The notes under the pieces are model-generated. The model searched no databases. It had not been told where the DNA came from and saw only the letters and a program-made list of their open reading frames with translations. 64,000 nucleotides of DNA from Patescibacteria group bacterium (GTDB lineage Bacteria > Patescibacteriota > Minisyncoccia > Phycocordibacterales > Phycocordibacteraceae): positions 82,035-146,034 of the forward strand of contig JBBTSZ010000002.1 of the NCBI GenBank assembly GCA_038064495.1, read 5' to 3'. A program made the position numbers and the translations under genes. Positions 1-8,877 of the stretch are shown one piece after another (the first letter of the stretch is position 1; each line of letters starts with the position of its first letter).

Positions 1-12
1 ATTACTACCCGT

Positions 13-855
13 ATGAAAAGCTACAAGCCAACAACCAAGTCTCGTCGTCACATGACTACCGTCACGTATCGTGGCGTCTTGTCTGGTGACAAGCCAATGA
101 AGAGCTTGATGGCAAGCAAGAGTAATCGTGCAGGCCGCAACAATGCAGGACGCATCACCGTTCGTCACCAGGGTGGGGGTCACAAGCGTCGTCTTCGCGA
201 TGTGGATTTTAAGTACGACAAGAAGAACATTCCTGCACGCGTTGAGACCATTGAGTACGATCCGTATCGCACCGGCTTCATCGCTCGCGTGGTGTTCGCT
301 GATGGAGAGCGTCGCTACGTGCTTGCGCCAAAGACCATGAAAGTGGGCGACACATTCCAAGTTTCTGAGAATGCACCACTTACAGCAGGTAACCGTCTTC
401 CCCTTGGAAAGATTCCGTCTGGAACATTTGTCTACAACATTGAGATTCAAGCTGGAGCTGGAGCACGTCTTGCCCGCTCAGCTGGTAACTATGCTGAAGT
501 GGTGGCACATGACGCAGGCTATGCTCAGCTCAAAATGCCTTCAACAGAAATCCGAAAGATTTCCGAACTCGCTTGGGCCTCTATCGGTTCCGTAAGTAAC
601 GAGGAACAGCGTCTCCAGAACTACGGAAAGGCAGGTAAGAGTCGTTGGAAGGGTATTCGCCCTACGGTTCGTGGTACGGCAATGAACCCAGTAGACCATC
701 CACACGGAGGTGGTGAAGGTAAGCAGGGTCGTGGACTCCGTCGTGCAAAGAGCATGTGGGGTAAGCCAACCGGAAAGGGACAGAAGACCCGCACCCCGAA
801 GAAATACTCAAACAAGTTTATTGTTTCTCGTCGCAAAGTCGGCAAGAAGCGCTAA
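13..855 (+). CDS. rplB: 50S ribosomal protein L2
   Basis: 280 aa; KPTTKSRRH, RNxGRITVRHQGGGHKR and GTAMNPVDHPHGGGEG motifs typical of L2. Confidence 0.95.
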   Translation: MKSYKPTTKSRRHMTTVTYRGVLSGDKPMKSLMASKSNRAGRNNAGRITVRHQGGGHKRRLRDVDFKYDKKNIPARVETIEYDPYRTGFIARVVFADGERRYVLAPKTMKVGDTFQVSENAPLTAGNRLPLGKIPSGTFVYNIEIQAGAGARLARSAGNYAEVVAHDAGYAQLKMPSTEIRKISELAWASIGSVSNEEQRLQNYGKAGKSRWKGIRPTVRGTAMNPVDHPHGGGEGKQGRGLRRAKSMWGKPTGKGQKTRTPKKYSNKFIVSRRKVGKKR

Positions 856-869
856 TAGATTTCTCACTA

Positions 870-897
870 AAACCGCCCCATAAGGGCGGTTTTACAT
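870..897 (+). terminator. rho-independent terminator after rplB
   Basis: hairpin AAACCGCCC-ATAA-GGGCGGTTTT followed by T-run, seen in sequence. Confidence 0.6.
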
Positions 898-958
898 TTG
901 TCATATCAGCCCGTACTCTAATTCAGGATAGTTGTACGAAACACGAAAGGAGGGTGCA

Positions 959-1786
959 ATGTCACCATACACAAGTCGTAAGGCGCATATTGACTATGTG
1001 CCACTCGACGAACTTACTCGTGGATATTTAGAGCAAGCAGAGAAGGCGTGGACGAAAGTCTGTGCGCTTCCTGTTGAAACGTTGGAAACGTTTGGCTATG
1101 AGCCAGATGGACGACGAAGCGGTGTTGGATTTGAGGTGAAAACGTCTGGTACGAGTTTCGACCACAAGTACGATATGCACCTCACTTTGAAAACAATTCC
1201 GGATCAGCTTCTACAAGCGGACAAAGTGGATACAACCGGCACGTTCTTCAGGTTTATCTTGTTGGCTCAGTGTTTGCTTGAGTCCACGAAAGAGATGATT
1301 CATGCTTATGCAAAGTCTCTCGGCGATCCTCTCCTCGTTGAAGAAACGATGTGCTTGAAGGAGCGCTGGATGCTCAGATTTCTTTGGTATCCGCCAGGAC
1401 TGCCAAGTGGAGAGGTTCTGGCCATGCCACACGCAGATAAGGGAGGCTTTACGCTTGATCTTATCAACGGGAACGGCCGGTTTGAGTACCTTGAATCACG
1501 TGAACCGCTCGTGTGGAGAGAAATGGAAAAGCATGAACATATGCTTCCTGTGCTCGCTGGCATCGGACTGCAAGAACTCACGAAGAGCGAAACAACAGCG
1601 GTCGCCCACCGAGTGATTGCAGACACGATTTCATGCAAAGAGGGTAGGGTGGCAGCGGTTATCTTCGTTGATTACCTGACCCGGAAGCATTTCAACAAGG
1701 CGGTCTACGGGTCACAGCAACTTCAGCCCCTTGGTTGGAATTACACCTGCACCCCGCAAGAATTCAGTACCTTCTTTGTTGAGTAA
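959..1786 (+). CDS. 2-oxoglutarate/Fe(II)-dependent oxygenase family protein (isopenicillin N synthase-like fold)
   Basis: ORF 932..1786; likely start ATG 959 preceded by perfect SD AAGGAGG; LRFLWYPP motif, HxD (MPHADKGG) and distal His (AVAHRV), RVAA near C-term; typical 2OG oxygenase facial triad layout. Confidence 0.6.
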   Translation: MSPYTSRKAHIDYVPLDELTRGYLEQAEKAWTKVCALPVETLETFGYEPDGRRSGVGFEVKTSGTSFDHKYDMHLTLKTIPDQLLQADKVDTTGTFFRFILLAQCLLESTKEMIHAYAKSLGDPLLVEETMCLKERWMLRFLWYPPGLPSGEVLAMPHADKGGFTLDLINGNGRFEYLESREPLVWREMEKHEHMLPVLAGIGLQELTKSETTAVAHRVIADTISCKEGRVAAVIFVDYLTRKHFNKAVYGSQQLQPLGWNYTCTPQEFSTFFVE

Positions 1787-1792
1787 CCTTCG

Positions 1793-1820
1793 GTCCGGAC
1801 TTTTGTCCGGGCCATTTTTC
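1793..1820 (+). terminator. hairpin terminator between oxygenase and convergent NUDIX gene
   Basis: GGTCCGGAC-TTTTG-TCCGGGCC then ATTTTT. Confidence 0.5.
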
Positions 1821-2291
1821 TTAGTTCGTTTCAATATGTTTTGAAATAATCGTTTTGCCCGTTGCATCAAATACAAAATCTCCACGGACATTTTTACCCT
1901 TAAGAAAAAGTGGCAACCAGTGCGGGTCATCTATCCACATCTGCTTGTAGGGAATTGAGTCGGTTCGGTACCAAACGGGTTTCATTTCCTCACTTTCACT
2001 CGGTTCGCCCTTCCATATGTATGTTTCAAATATATGTACTTGAATATGGAGACCGCCTTCTCCTTTAAACTGAAACGTAAGTATTCCCCGCGGTGTGAGA
2101 TCTTCAGGGAGCACACTGACTCCGATTTCCTCCTCGGCTTCGCGGATTACCGCTTCCTCAATTGTTTCTTCGCCTTCTACCTTTCCACCAACACCATTCC
2201 ATTTCCCCTCACCAAACCCGCGTTTCTTCATCGCGAGCAGTAGTTCGTCAGGTTTGCTCCGGCGTAGAAAGAGAAGCGTCTGCTTCTTCAT
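1821..2291 (-). CDS. NUDIX hydrolase (MutT-like)
   Basis: Nudix box GGKVEGEETIEEAVIREAEEEIGV (Gx5Ex7REUxEExGU). Confidence 0.85.
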   Translation of the reverse strand: MKKQTLLFLRRSKPDELLLAMKKRGFGEGKWNGVGGKVEGEETIEEAVIREAEEEIGVSVLPEDLTPRGILTFQFKGEGGLHIQVHIFETYIWKGEPSESEEMKPVWYRTDSIPYKQMWIDDPHWLPLFLKGKNVRGDFVFDATGKTIISKHIETN

Positions 2292-2293
2292 GG

Positions 2294-3118
2294 TTAGCGA
2301 TAGCTCGCTCGTACGCTCGTACCGAGTTCTGAAAAGGGTATGGAGACCGTCTGCACACCGGCAGCGTAGGCAGCTACCTGGTAGGGAGGAAAGAGAAGCA
2401 CGAGTGAGGTTCCATCGATGTACCAGTTCTGGAAGTTATCGGCGTCAGGAGTCGTACCTCGGTTCATATAGTCAACATCCACTTCTACACCCTGCATACC
2501 TTCCGTTTTGGCGATAATGGTCGGTAACTTCTTTCGAGAAATTGTTGAAAGCAGTTTCAAGTAGTCGGTTCCAGGAGCAAATACGTCTGTTAAATCAAGA
2601 CCCTCACCCGTTTTTGAGTTGAAGGTGAAACTTCTAAAGTATGCATTTGGGTGAGCGCCAAGCGTGTCTTGATACATTGTGTAGAGGTAGGAAAGAGTAG
2701 TTCCACCACGTTTTAGCACATACGTAATTTCAAGAGATTCTTTCCGTCCTTGGTCAAATCCAAGCATGGATATGTCTTCAGCCGTGAGGTGGTCAAAATT
2801 ACCCTGCTCCTTAAAAGCGGAAATGGTGTTCAGTTCAAATTGCTTCATGACCTCAATGGCTTGTGCGTCTGCACGAGCGGATGCAGAAGCTTTCAGCGGA
2901 GTGACCGAGGGATAGACGGCGGTGATGTCGTAGTAGCGACCATTCTCACTCAAGGTTTTATCGGGAGCTGTGGGTGTGGTCGTTGCGGTTCCCGGAACTG
3001 CGCCGTCTGGGTTCCGTACGTAGGGGGCTGGGTGCTCGCTCATGTACCAGAGCACGAGACCGAGACTGATAACCCCGAGGATGATAACGCCGACAATACT
3101 CGTACTTTTGGTATCCAT
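2294..3118 (-). CDS. membrane-anchored DUF3298/DUF4163-like (RsiV-like) domain protein
   Basis: N-terminal TM helix, T/P-rich linker, then domain resembling DUF4163/DUF3298 family by composition; family assignment by recall only. Confidence 0.45.
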   Translation of the reverse strand: MDTKSTSIVGVIILGVISLGLVLWYMSEHPAPYVRNPDGAVPGTATTTPTAPDKTLSENGRYYDITAVYPSVTPLKASASARADAQAIEVMKQFELNTISAFKEQGNFDHLTAEDISMLGFDQGRKESLEITYVLKRGGTTLSYLYTMYQDTLGAHPNAYFRSFTFNSKTGEGLDLTDVFAPGTDYLKLLSTISRKKLPTIIAKTEGMQGVEVDVDYMNRGTTPDADNFQNWYIDGTSLVLLFPPYQVAAYAAGVQTVSIPFSELGTSVRASYR

Positions 3119-3227
3119 AGATTAGGTACTACTAGTATACGTCCTGCACCTCTAGACGATGGAGTCCAGTGTGTCTTACAAAAAGGGCCCGCCTGAGTGG
3201 GGTCCCTTATTTTCTTTCGTATGCACG

Positions 3228-3383
3228 CTAGAACAGTTTTTCGATCCAGGAGCGAAAGGCTTGAAACCTTTCGTACGAACGCGCACGCCGGCGGAGACGA
3301 TTATAGGCTCTATCTCCGCGTTCCCGTAGATCTTCAAGATCTGCTTGGAGCAAATGACCAGGCATTTTATTGAGTTTACTCAT
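3228..3383 (-). CDS. 51-aa arginine-rich micro-protein with canonical SD ([51 protein letters not shown])
   Basis: hand-translated; GAAGGAGAAAATC-ATG context, TAG stop; below ORF-track length cutoff. Confidence 0.4.
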   Translation of the reverse strand: MSKLNKMPGHLLQADLEDLRERGDRAYNRLRRRARSYERFQAFRSWIEKLF

Positions 3384-3451
3384 GATTTTCTCCTTCCAGA
3401 ATGACTATACCACCTGTTTTTTGAGTCCCGGAAAGCCCACGTTCGTGTTTT

Positions 3452-3480
3452 CTTGCAAAAAAACACTAAATCATATAGAT
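3452..3480 (+). promoter_or_regulatory. candidate sigma70-like promoter upstream of rpsS (TTGCAA..TATAGA)
   Basis: -35/-10-like hexamers about 40-65 nt upstream of rpsS start; followed by small hairpin CCCGCTTCGCGGG in the 5-prime UTR. Confidence 0.3.
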
Positions 3481-3519
3481 TTTACCTATCCCGCTTCGCG
3501 GGCTTTCCATTGTCTATAC

Positions 3520-3867
3520 ATGTCACGATCACTTAAAAAGGGACCTTTTGTGGACGTAAAGCTCCTCAAGAAGATTTCAGATAAGAAACCAGCTTCTGCT
3601 GGGGTTATTAAGACATGGGCCCGCCGTTCCCAAATTGCTCCTGAATTCGTTGGATTTACCTTCGGAGTTCACAACGGTCAGAAACACGTAGACGTTCTCG
3701 TTACTGAGGATATGGTAGGGCACCGCCTTGGAGAGTTCTCGCCAACTAAGAAATTCGTCCGTCACGGAGGAAAGATGCAGAAGGAGCTTGAGCAGAAGCG
3801 AAAGGAAGCTGAAATCACCGCCGCTAAGGCTGCGAAGGCCGCTCCTGCAGCCGCAAAGAAGAAATAA
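3520..3867 (+). CDS. rpsS: 30S ribosomal protein S19 (with Ala/Lys-rich C-terminal tail)
   Basis: [12 protein letters not shown]...GHRLGEF motif; start chosen inside ORF 3370..3867. Confidence 0.93.
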   Translation: MSRSLKKGPFVDVKLLKKISDKKPASAGVIKTWARRSQIAPEFVGFTFGVHNGQKHVDVLVTEDMVGHRLGEFSPTKKFVRHGGKMQKELEQKRKEAEITAAKAAKAAPAAAKKK

Positions 3868-3870
3868 TAT

Positions 3871-4260
3871 ATGGCTTCAATCGGAACACAGAAGAATAGG
3901 ATTGCTTCAGCTCGCAAGGTCACCACTGTTGCGAAGGCTGAGCTTTCTACCTACAACCAGTCACCTCGCAAGGTCCGCCTCGTGACCGATATGGTAAAAG
4001 GAAAGACCGTACAGGAGGCAATCAATGCACTCTCATTCCTCCCAAAGCGTGCCTCGCTCCCTATTTTGAAGCTTTTGAAGAGCGCTATTGCAAACGCAAA
4101 AGCAAAGGGTGAAGACGAGAAAGCCCTTCGTATTGCTGACATTCGTGTTGATTCTGCTGGTATGCTTGTGCGTTTCATGCCACGCGCCATGGGTCGTGCA
4201 GCACCTATACGAAAGCGCCGCAGCAAAGTGGTGCTTGAACTTTCATCTACTGCTTCCTAA
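3871..4260 (+). CDS. rplV: 50S ribosomal protein L22
   Basis: 129 aa; typical L22 N-terminus (KARRVTTVAKAEL style) and order after S19. Confidence 0.9.
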   Translation: MASIGTQKNRIASARKVTTVAKAELSTYNQSPRKVRLVTDMVKGKTVQEAINALSFLPKRASLPILKLLKSAIANAKAKGEDEKALRIADIRVDSAGMLVRFMPRAMGRAAPIRKRRSKVVLELSSTAS

Positions 4261-4266
4261 TTTACT

Positions 4267-4977
4267 ATGACTCATACCGTACACCCTTACGCACACCGCC
4301 TCGGCATCATCCGTGATTGGAAGAGCCGTTGGTTTGCTGGTGACAAGAAATCTTTCCGTGAAAACCTTGCGGTAGACGCTGCTATCCGCTCTTTCTTGAA
4401 GAAGCGTCTGCGTGGCATGCACGCAACTGATGCTGAAATTGAACGTTCACAGAGCGAGATTCGTGTCATCGTGCACACCGCTCGCCCAGGTCTCGTCATT
4501 GGACGCTCAGGAGAAAATGCGACCAAACTCCGCACTGAGCTCACGCGTGTCGTAGAGAAGATTGCACCAAGTCAGGGTCGTCTCTTGAAGCTCGATATTA
4601 TGGAAATCCGTCAGCCGGAGACCAATGCTGCGGTGGTTGCCTATATGGTGGCAGAAGGACTTGAGAAGCGCATGCCATTTCGCCGTGTCCTCAAGTCAAC
4701 CGTTGAAAAGGTGCTTGCGGTGCGTGAAGTCATTGGTGTTCGCATCGTGGTATCTGGACGACTCGGTGGTGCTGACATGAGCCGAACGGAGCAAATCAAG
4801 AAGGGTCGTATTCCGCTCCAGACTTTCCGCGCAAATATTGACTACGCGGTTGAGCGTGCCTACCTTCCGTACGGCGTTATCGGTATCAAGGTATGGATTT
4901 ACCTCGGTGAGACGTTCAATGAAAAGGAGCGCGCGGGCGCAACACGTCAAATGAATCCGTCTGGAGCACGCACCTAA
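4267..4977 (+). CDS. rpsC: 30S ribosomal protein S3
   Basis: 236 aa; HPYAHRLGI..W.SRWFA, KH domain, gene order. Confidence 0.95.
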   Translation: MTHTVHPYAHRLGIIRDWKSRWFAGDKKSFRENLAVDAAIRSFLKKRLRGMHATDAEIERSQSEIRVIVHTARPGLVIGRSGENATKLRTELTRVVEKIAPSQGRLLKLDIMEIRQPETNAAVVAYMVAEGLEKRMPFRRVLKSTVEKVLAVREVIGVRIVVSGRLGGADMSRTEQIKKGRIPLQTFRANIDYAVERAYLPYGVIGIKVWIYLGETFNEKERAGATRQMNPSGART

Positions 4978-4985
4978 ATTTTCAT

Positions 4986-5408
4986 ATGTTGTTTCCTAAA
5001 AAAGTAAAACACCGCAAGTGGCAGACCGGACGAAAGTCTGAAGCCAAGCTCGCACGTCCTGAGACGCGTGGCATTACCGTTGCCTTCGGTTCCTACGGCC
5101 TTAAGGCTACAACCGCTTCACGCGTGACCTCAAACCAAATTGAGGCAGCCCGTAAGGTACTTACCCGCGTAACCGGAAAGGGAGGCAAGCTCTGGATTCG
5201 CATTTTCCCGGACCGTCCTATCACCAACAAGCCGGCTGAAGTAGGCATGGGTAAGGGTAAGGGAGACCCGAAGCACTTTGTATTTGAGGTACGTCCCGGC
5301 CGCGTACTCTTTGAGCTTGATGGTGTACAGGACGCGATTGCACGTGATGCACTTCGCCGCGCTGGCGCAAAGCTTCCACTCAAAAGCAGTGTCGTAACCC
5401 GTGGCTAA
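4986..5408 (+). CDS. rplP: 50S ribosomal protein L16
   Basis: MLFPKKVKHRKWQTGR...GSYGLKA. Confidence 0.95.
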   Translation: MLFPKKVKHRKWQTGRKSEAKLARPETRGITVAFGSYGLKATTASRVTSNQIEAARKVLTRVTGKGGKLWIRIFPDRPITNKPAEVGMGKGKGDPKHFVFEVRPGRVLFELDGVQDAIARDALRRAGAKLPLKSSVVTRG

Positions 5409-5415
5409 TTTTCGT

Positions 5416-5616
5416 ATGGCAACCAAGAAACCACAGTACAAGGATAAGAGCGAAGCTGAGCTCGTAAAGACGCTCAAAGAAAAGCGTGAAGAGCTTCGCA
5501 CGCTTCGCTTTTCAGCTGCGGGTGCTCGCGCAAAGGACAGCAATGCTCCCAAGAAGGCACGTAAGGAAATCGCTCGCGTGTTGACCGAACAGGGTAATCG
5601 TGCGAAGAAGGCATAA
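5416..5616 (+). CDS. rpmC: 50S ribosomal protein L29
   Basis: ATG at 5416 in TAATTTTCGTATG context (ORF track starts at GTG 5401); ELRxLRF-type L29 helix-hairpin. Confidence 0.85.
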   Translation: MATKKPQYKDKSEAELVKTLKEKREELRTLRFSAAGARAKDSNAPKKARKEIARVLTEQGNRAKKA

Positions 5617-5620
5617 CACT

Positions 5621-5872
5621 ATGGAATCTACTACTACCAAACCACAGAGCTTTGAGGGCGTCGTCGTAAAGACGGCGATGAAAGACACGGCCACCGTGGA
5701 GGTGTCTCGCTATGTAAAGCATCCGAAGTACAAGAAGTACCAGACCAAGACCAAAAAGTACTTGGTGCACGACCCAGGCAACACGGTTGAAGTGGGACAG
5801 AAGGTAACCATCGTTGGCTGCCGTCCTATTTCAAAACTGAAGCGCTTCAAGATAGCGGGAGCCGTCTCATAA
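5621..5872 (+). CDS. rpsQ: 30S ribosomal protein S17
   Basis: [18 protein letters not shown]...[21 protein letters not shown]; start ATG 5621 right after rpmC stop. Confidence 0.92.
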   Translation: MESTTTKPQSFEGVVVKTAMKDTATVEVSRYVKHPKYKKYQTKTKKYLVHDPGNTVEVGQKVTIVGCRPISKLKRFKIAGAVS

Positions 5873-5879
5873 TTTACGT

Positions 5880-6257
5880 ATGGTACAGCCACAATCAATC
5901 GTCACCGTTGCAGACAACTCAGGAGCTAAAGTAGCTCGTGTCTTCAAGGTGCTTGGGGGGTCTAAGCGTCGCTACGCTGAAATTGGCGACGTCGTGGTGG
6001 TATCTATTCAGACCGCAGAGCCCCGCAAGGCCGTGAAGAAGAAGGATATCTACAAGGCCGTCGTCGTCCGTCAGCGTAAGGCCTTCCGTCGTGCAAGTGG
6101 TATTTATGTGCGTTTTGATGACAACGCGGTCGTGCTTATTGAGAAGCAGGGTAAGGAAATGGGTCCTAAAGGAAACCGCGTATTCGGACCGGTGCCACGT
6201 GATTTGGTCGAAAAGGGATGGCAGAACATTGCGTCACTCGCACCTGAAGTCGTTTAA
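5880..6257 (+). CDS. rplN: 50S ribosomal protein L14
   Basis: [17 protein letters not shown]; 125 aa. Confidence 0.95.
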   Translation: MVQPQSIVTVADNSGAKVARVFKVLGGSKRRYAEIGDVVVVSIQTAEPRKAVKKKDIYKAVVVRQRKAFRRASGIYVRFDDNAVVLIEKQGKEMGPKGNRVFGPVPRDLVEKGWQNIASLAPEVV

Positions 6258-6266
6258 TTTTTTCGT

Positions 6267-6611
6267 ATGAGTAAAGCAACCAGCGGCAAGCAGACCGCAA
6301 AATTCAAAATAAAGAAGGGTGACCAGGTCATGGTGATTTCTGGTAAGGACAAGGGCAAGCAGGGTCCGGTACTTGAGGTGCTTCCTCAGGACGCAATGGT
6401 CGTGGTTGAAGGAGTCGCTATTGTAAAGCGCCATTTGAAGAATCCAGTTCGCGGTCGCGTCGGACGCATCGCTGAGCGTCCTCGCGCCATCCACATTTCA
6501 AACGTCATGGTCGTAGATCCTGAGCAAAAGAAGCCAACCCGTGTGAAGCGTGAACTACGTGAGGGTAAGCTCGTTCGCATTGCCGTTAAGAGCGCTACCA
6601 AACTCGGTTAA
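6267..6611 (+). CDS. rplX: 50S ribosomal protein L24
   Basis: KIKKGDQVMVISGKDKGKQG (KOW motif). Confidence 0.93.
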   Translation: MSKATSGKQTAKFKIKKGDQVMVISGKDKGKQGPVLEVLPQDAMVVVEGVAIVKRHLKNPVRGRVGRIAERPRAIHISNVMVVDPEQKKPTRVKRELREGKLVRIAVKSATKLG

Positions 6612-6622
6612 TTTTCACGACT

Positions 6623-7159
6623 ATGATGCTTTCAAAACAAAAGGTACAAACCAGCTTCGAGGCACTCTCTGAGAAGTTTGGCTACACGAATCGTCTTCGC
6701 GCTCCACGTATTGTTAAGGTCGTGGTGTCTTCTGGTGTTGGTTCTGCAAAAGACAAAAACCGTCTCCAGATTGTAGAGACCCGTCTCGCTCGTATCACGG
6801 GACAGAAGCCTTCTCCCCGCCCGGCAAAGGCTTCCATCGCACAATTCAAGATGCGCGAAGGGGATGTCGTCGGCTATCAGGTCACGCTTCGCGGCGCACG
6901 CATGTACGACTTTATTGATAAGCTCATCAATATCGCCCTTCCTCGTACGCGCGACTTCCGCGGCTTGTCTGCTGGAGCTATTGATGACATGGGCAACCTC
7001 ACCATCGGCATTAAGGAACACACGATTTTCCCTGAAGCAGCTGACGAAGACCTCAAAGACGTCTTTGGTATCGCTATTACTTTCGTCACCACGGCAAAAA
7101 CTAAGGAAGAAGCCGACGCGTTTTTCCGTCATCTCGGCATCCCGTTTAAGAAGCAGTAA
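6623..7159 (+). CDS. rplE: 50S ribosomal protein L5
   Basis: 178 aa; PRTRDFRGLS, GNLTIGIKEHTIFPE. Confidence 0.95.
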   Translation: MMLSKQKVQTSFEALSEKFGYTNRLRAPRIVKVVVSSGVGSAKDKNRLQIVETRLARITGQKPSPRPAKASIAQFKMREGDVVGYQVTLRGARMYDFIDKLINIALPRTRDFRGLSAGAIDDMGNLTIGIKEHTIFPEAADEDLKDVFGIAITFVTTAKTKEEADAFFRHLGIPFKKQ

Positions 7160-7183
7160 GGACCGCTTTTAGGCAGTAGCAAG

Positions 7184-7208
7184 AAACGCCGTAGATACGG
7201 CGTTTTTT
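7184..7208 (+). terminator. rho-independent terminator after rplE
   Basis: AACGCCGTA-GAT-ACGGCGTTTTTT. Confidence 0.6.
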
Positions 7209-7258
7209 GTTTGCCCTACTATAAAAAGCAAACTTCTGAAAAAGACCCTACGCGTATT

Positions 7259-7287
7259 TGACAGCGTAAATGCTAGCTGATAGAGTA
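7259..7287 (+). promoter_or_regulatory. candidate promoter for rpsN-rpsH-rplF... (TTGACA-17 nt-TAGAGT)
   Basis: perfect -35 TTGACA, 17-nt spacer, -10-like TAGAGT, about 30 nt upstream of rpsN. Confidence 0.4.
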
Positions 7288-7316
7288 CCTCCACGCTCTC
7301 CGGAGCTATTTTTCGT

Positions 7317-7586
7317 ATGGCTAAAACATCACAACTCGCCCGTAACCGCAAAAAGGTGGCTCTCACCGCTCGTTTTGCTGTTAAGCGCGCAGCCCTCAAA
7401 GCTGCGGGTGATTCTGATGGCCTACAAAAGCTCCCTCGGAACTCCTCCCCGGTTCGTATCAAGAACCGTTGTGCCGTTACTGGTCGCTCTCGTGGTTACA
7501 TGCGTGATTTCGGCCTTTCCCGCATCGCGTTTCGTGAACTTGCACGTGAAGGAAAGATTCCTGGCGTAAAGAAAGCATCATGGTAA
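7317..7586 (+). CDS. rpsN: 30S ribosomal protein S14
   Basis: 89 aa; ...[28 protein letters not shown]...W C-terminus. Confidence 0.93.
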   Translation: MAKTSQLARNRKKVALTARFAVKRAALKAAGDSDGLQKLPRNSSPVRIKNRCAVTGRSRGYMRDFGLSRIAFRELAREGKIPGVKKASW

Positions 7587-7969
7587 CCGACCGCGTTGGA
7601 GATTTCATCATTCGCTTGAAGAATGCCGGTGCTATCGGTAAGCCAAAGGTGATGGTTCCTGCGTCTAAGCACGTGGAAGAAATTGCACACAAGCTGAAGA
7701 GTCTCGGCTTCGTTGCTGATGTACAGAAGTCAAAAGTCCCGTACCACTTTGAGGTAACGCTTGCGTACGACGAGCGTGGTGACCACAAGATTCATGGAGT
7801 GAAGCGTGTAAGCAAACCGGGCCGTCGTTTGTACGCTCCAACTCACGAAGCTCATTCCGTGAAGAATGGCATTGGTGCTCGCCTCCTTTCAACACCAAAA
7901 GGTGTGCTTTCAGATAGCGAGGCACGTAAGGCTCATGTCGGTGGTGAGAATCTTTTTGAAGTCTGGTAA
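7580..7969 (+). CDS. rpsH: 30S ribosomal protein S8
   Basis: [16 protein letters not shown]; overlaps rpsN stop by 7 nt. Confidence 0.93.
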   Translation: MVTDRVGDFIIRLKNAGAIGKPKVMVPASKHVEEIAHKLKSLGFVADVQKSKVPYHFEVTLAYDERGDHKIHGVKRVSKPGRRLYAPTHEAHSVKNGIGARLLSTPKGVLSDSEARKAHVGGENLFEVW

Positions 7970-7979
7970 TTGATTTTGT

Positions 7980-8516
7980 ATGCCATCACGCCTAGCAAAA
8001 AAACCGATACCGGTACCCGCTAAAGTCGAAGTCACGGCTGGAAATGGGAGTCTTTCTGTAAAGGGAAGTAAGGCAACGCTCTCACGTGCGGTGCACTCTT
8101 CTATTGATATCAAGGTTACTCCTGAAGGTGTGGTCATTACGCCAAACAACTCTTCACGTCTCGCACACGCCCTCACGGGTACGTTTGCTGCTCACCTCAT
8201 CGCAATGATGCACGGTGTTGAAACTCCTTTTAAGAAGGTGCTTATCTTGAACGGCGTGGGCTACAAGGTAGAACTCAAAGGAAATGACCTCGTGCTTGCC
8301 GTTGGCTTCTCTCACCTCGTCAGCCTTCCGGTCCCGGAGGGCATTACGGTTACCGTCGTAAAGAACACCATCACGATTGAAGGGCCTGACAAGCAGCAGG
8401 TTGGACAGTTTGCTGCTGAGGTTCGTCAGGTGAAGAAGCCAGAGCCGTATCTTGGTAAGGGTATCAAGTACGATACGGAGGTTATTCGTCGTAAGCAGGG
8501 CAAGAAAGCCGCGTAA
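7980..8516 (+). CDS. rplF: 50S ribosomal protein L6
   Basis: 178 aa; SRLAKKPIPVP..V.V, two repeated alpha/beta domains. Confidence 0.93.
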   Translation: MPSRLAKKPIPVPAKVEVTAGNGSLSVKGSKATLSRAVHSSIDIKVTPEGVVITPNNSSRLAHALTGTFAAHLIAMMHGVETPFKKVLILNGVGYKVELKGNDLVLAVGFSHLVSLPVPEGITVTVVKNTITIEGPDKQQVGQFAAEVRQVKKPEPYLGKGIKYDTEVIRRKQGKKAA

Positions 8517-8522
8517 TCTTTT

Positions 8523-8873
8523 ATGGCTACTTCAATTCTCACCAAGCAGGAACAACGTGATCGTCGTCACCGACGTGTGCGTTCTCGCATTTCTGGGACC
8601 GAGGCACGGCCTCGTCTTGCCGTTTTCAAAAGTAATCGGTTTGTATCGGTACAGCTTATTGATGACGAAGCTGGCGTAACTATGTTGAGCGCCCATGGCC
8701 GCTCCTTCCCGGGTTCACTTTCTGTACAGTCCGTTGCCGTCGGCAAAGCTATTGCTGAAGCCGCAAAGAAAAAGGGTATCACCACCGTCGTCTTTGACCG
8801 TGGTGGATACGAATACGGAGGCCAGGTGAAGGCACTAGCTGACGCCGCACGGGACGGCGGCCTTACTTTCTAA
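8523..8873 (+). CDS. rplR: 50S ribosomal protein L18
   Basis: [24 protein letters not shown]. Confidence 0.93.
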   Translation: MATSILTKQEQRDRRHRRVRSRISGTEARPRLAVFKSNRFVSVQLIDDEAGVTMLSAHGRSFPGSLSVQSVAVGKAIAEAAKKKGITTVVFDRGGYEYGGQVKALADAARDGGLTF

Positions 8874-8877
8874 TACT

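Noticed and set aside
128-845. Several 60-90 aa ORFs on both strands inside rplB (128..340, 371..595, 621..845-)
   Set aside because: Fully embedded in a strongly supported ribosomal protein gene; low-complexity translations; typical shadow ORFs.
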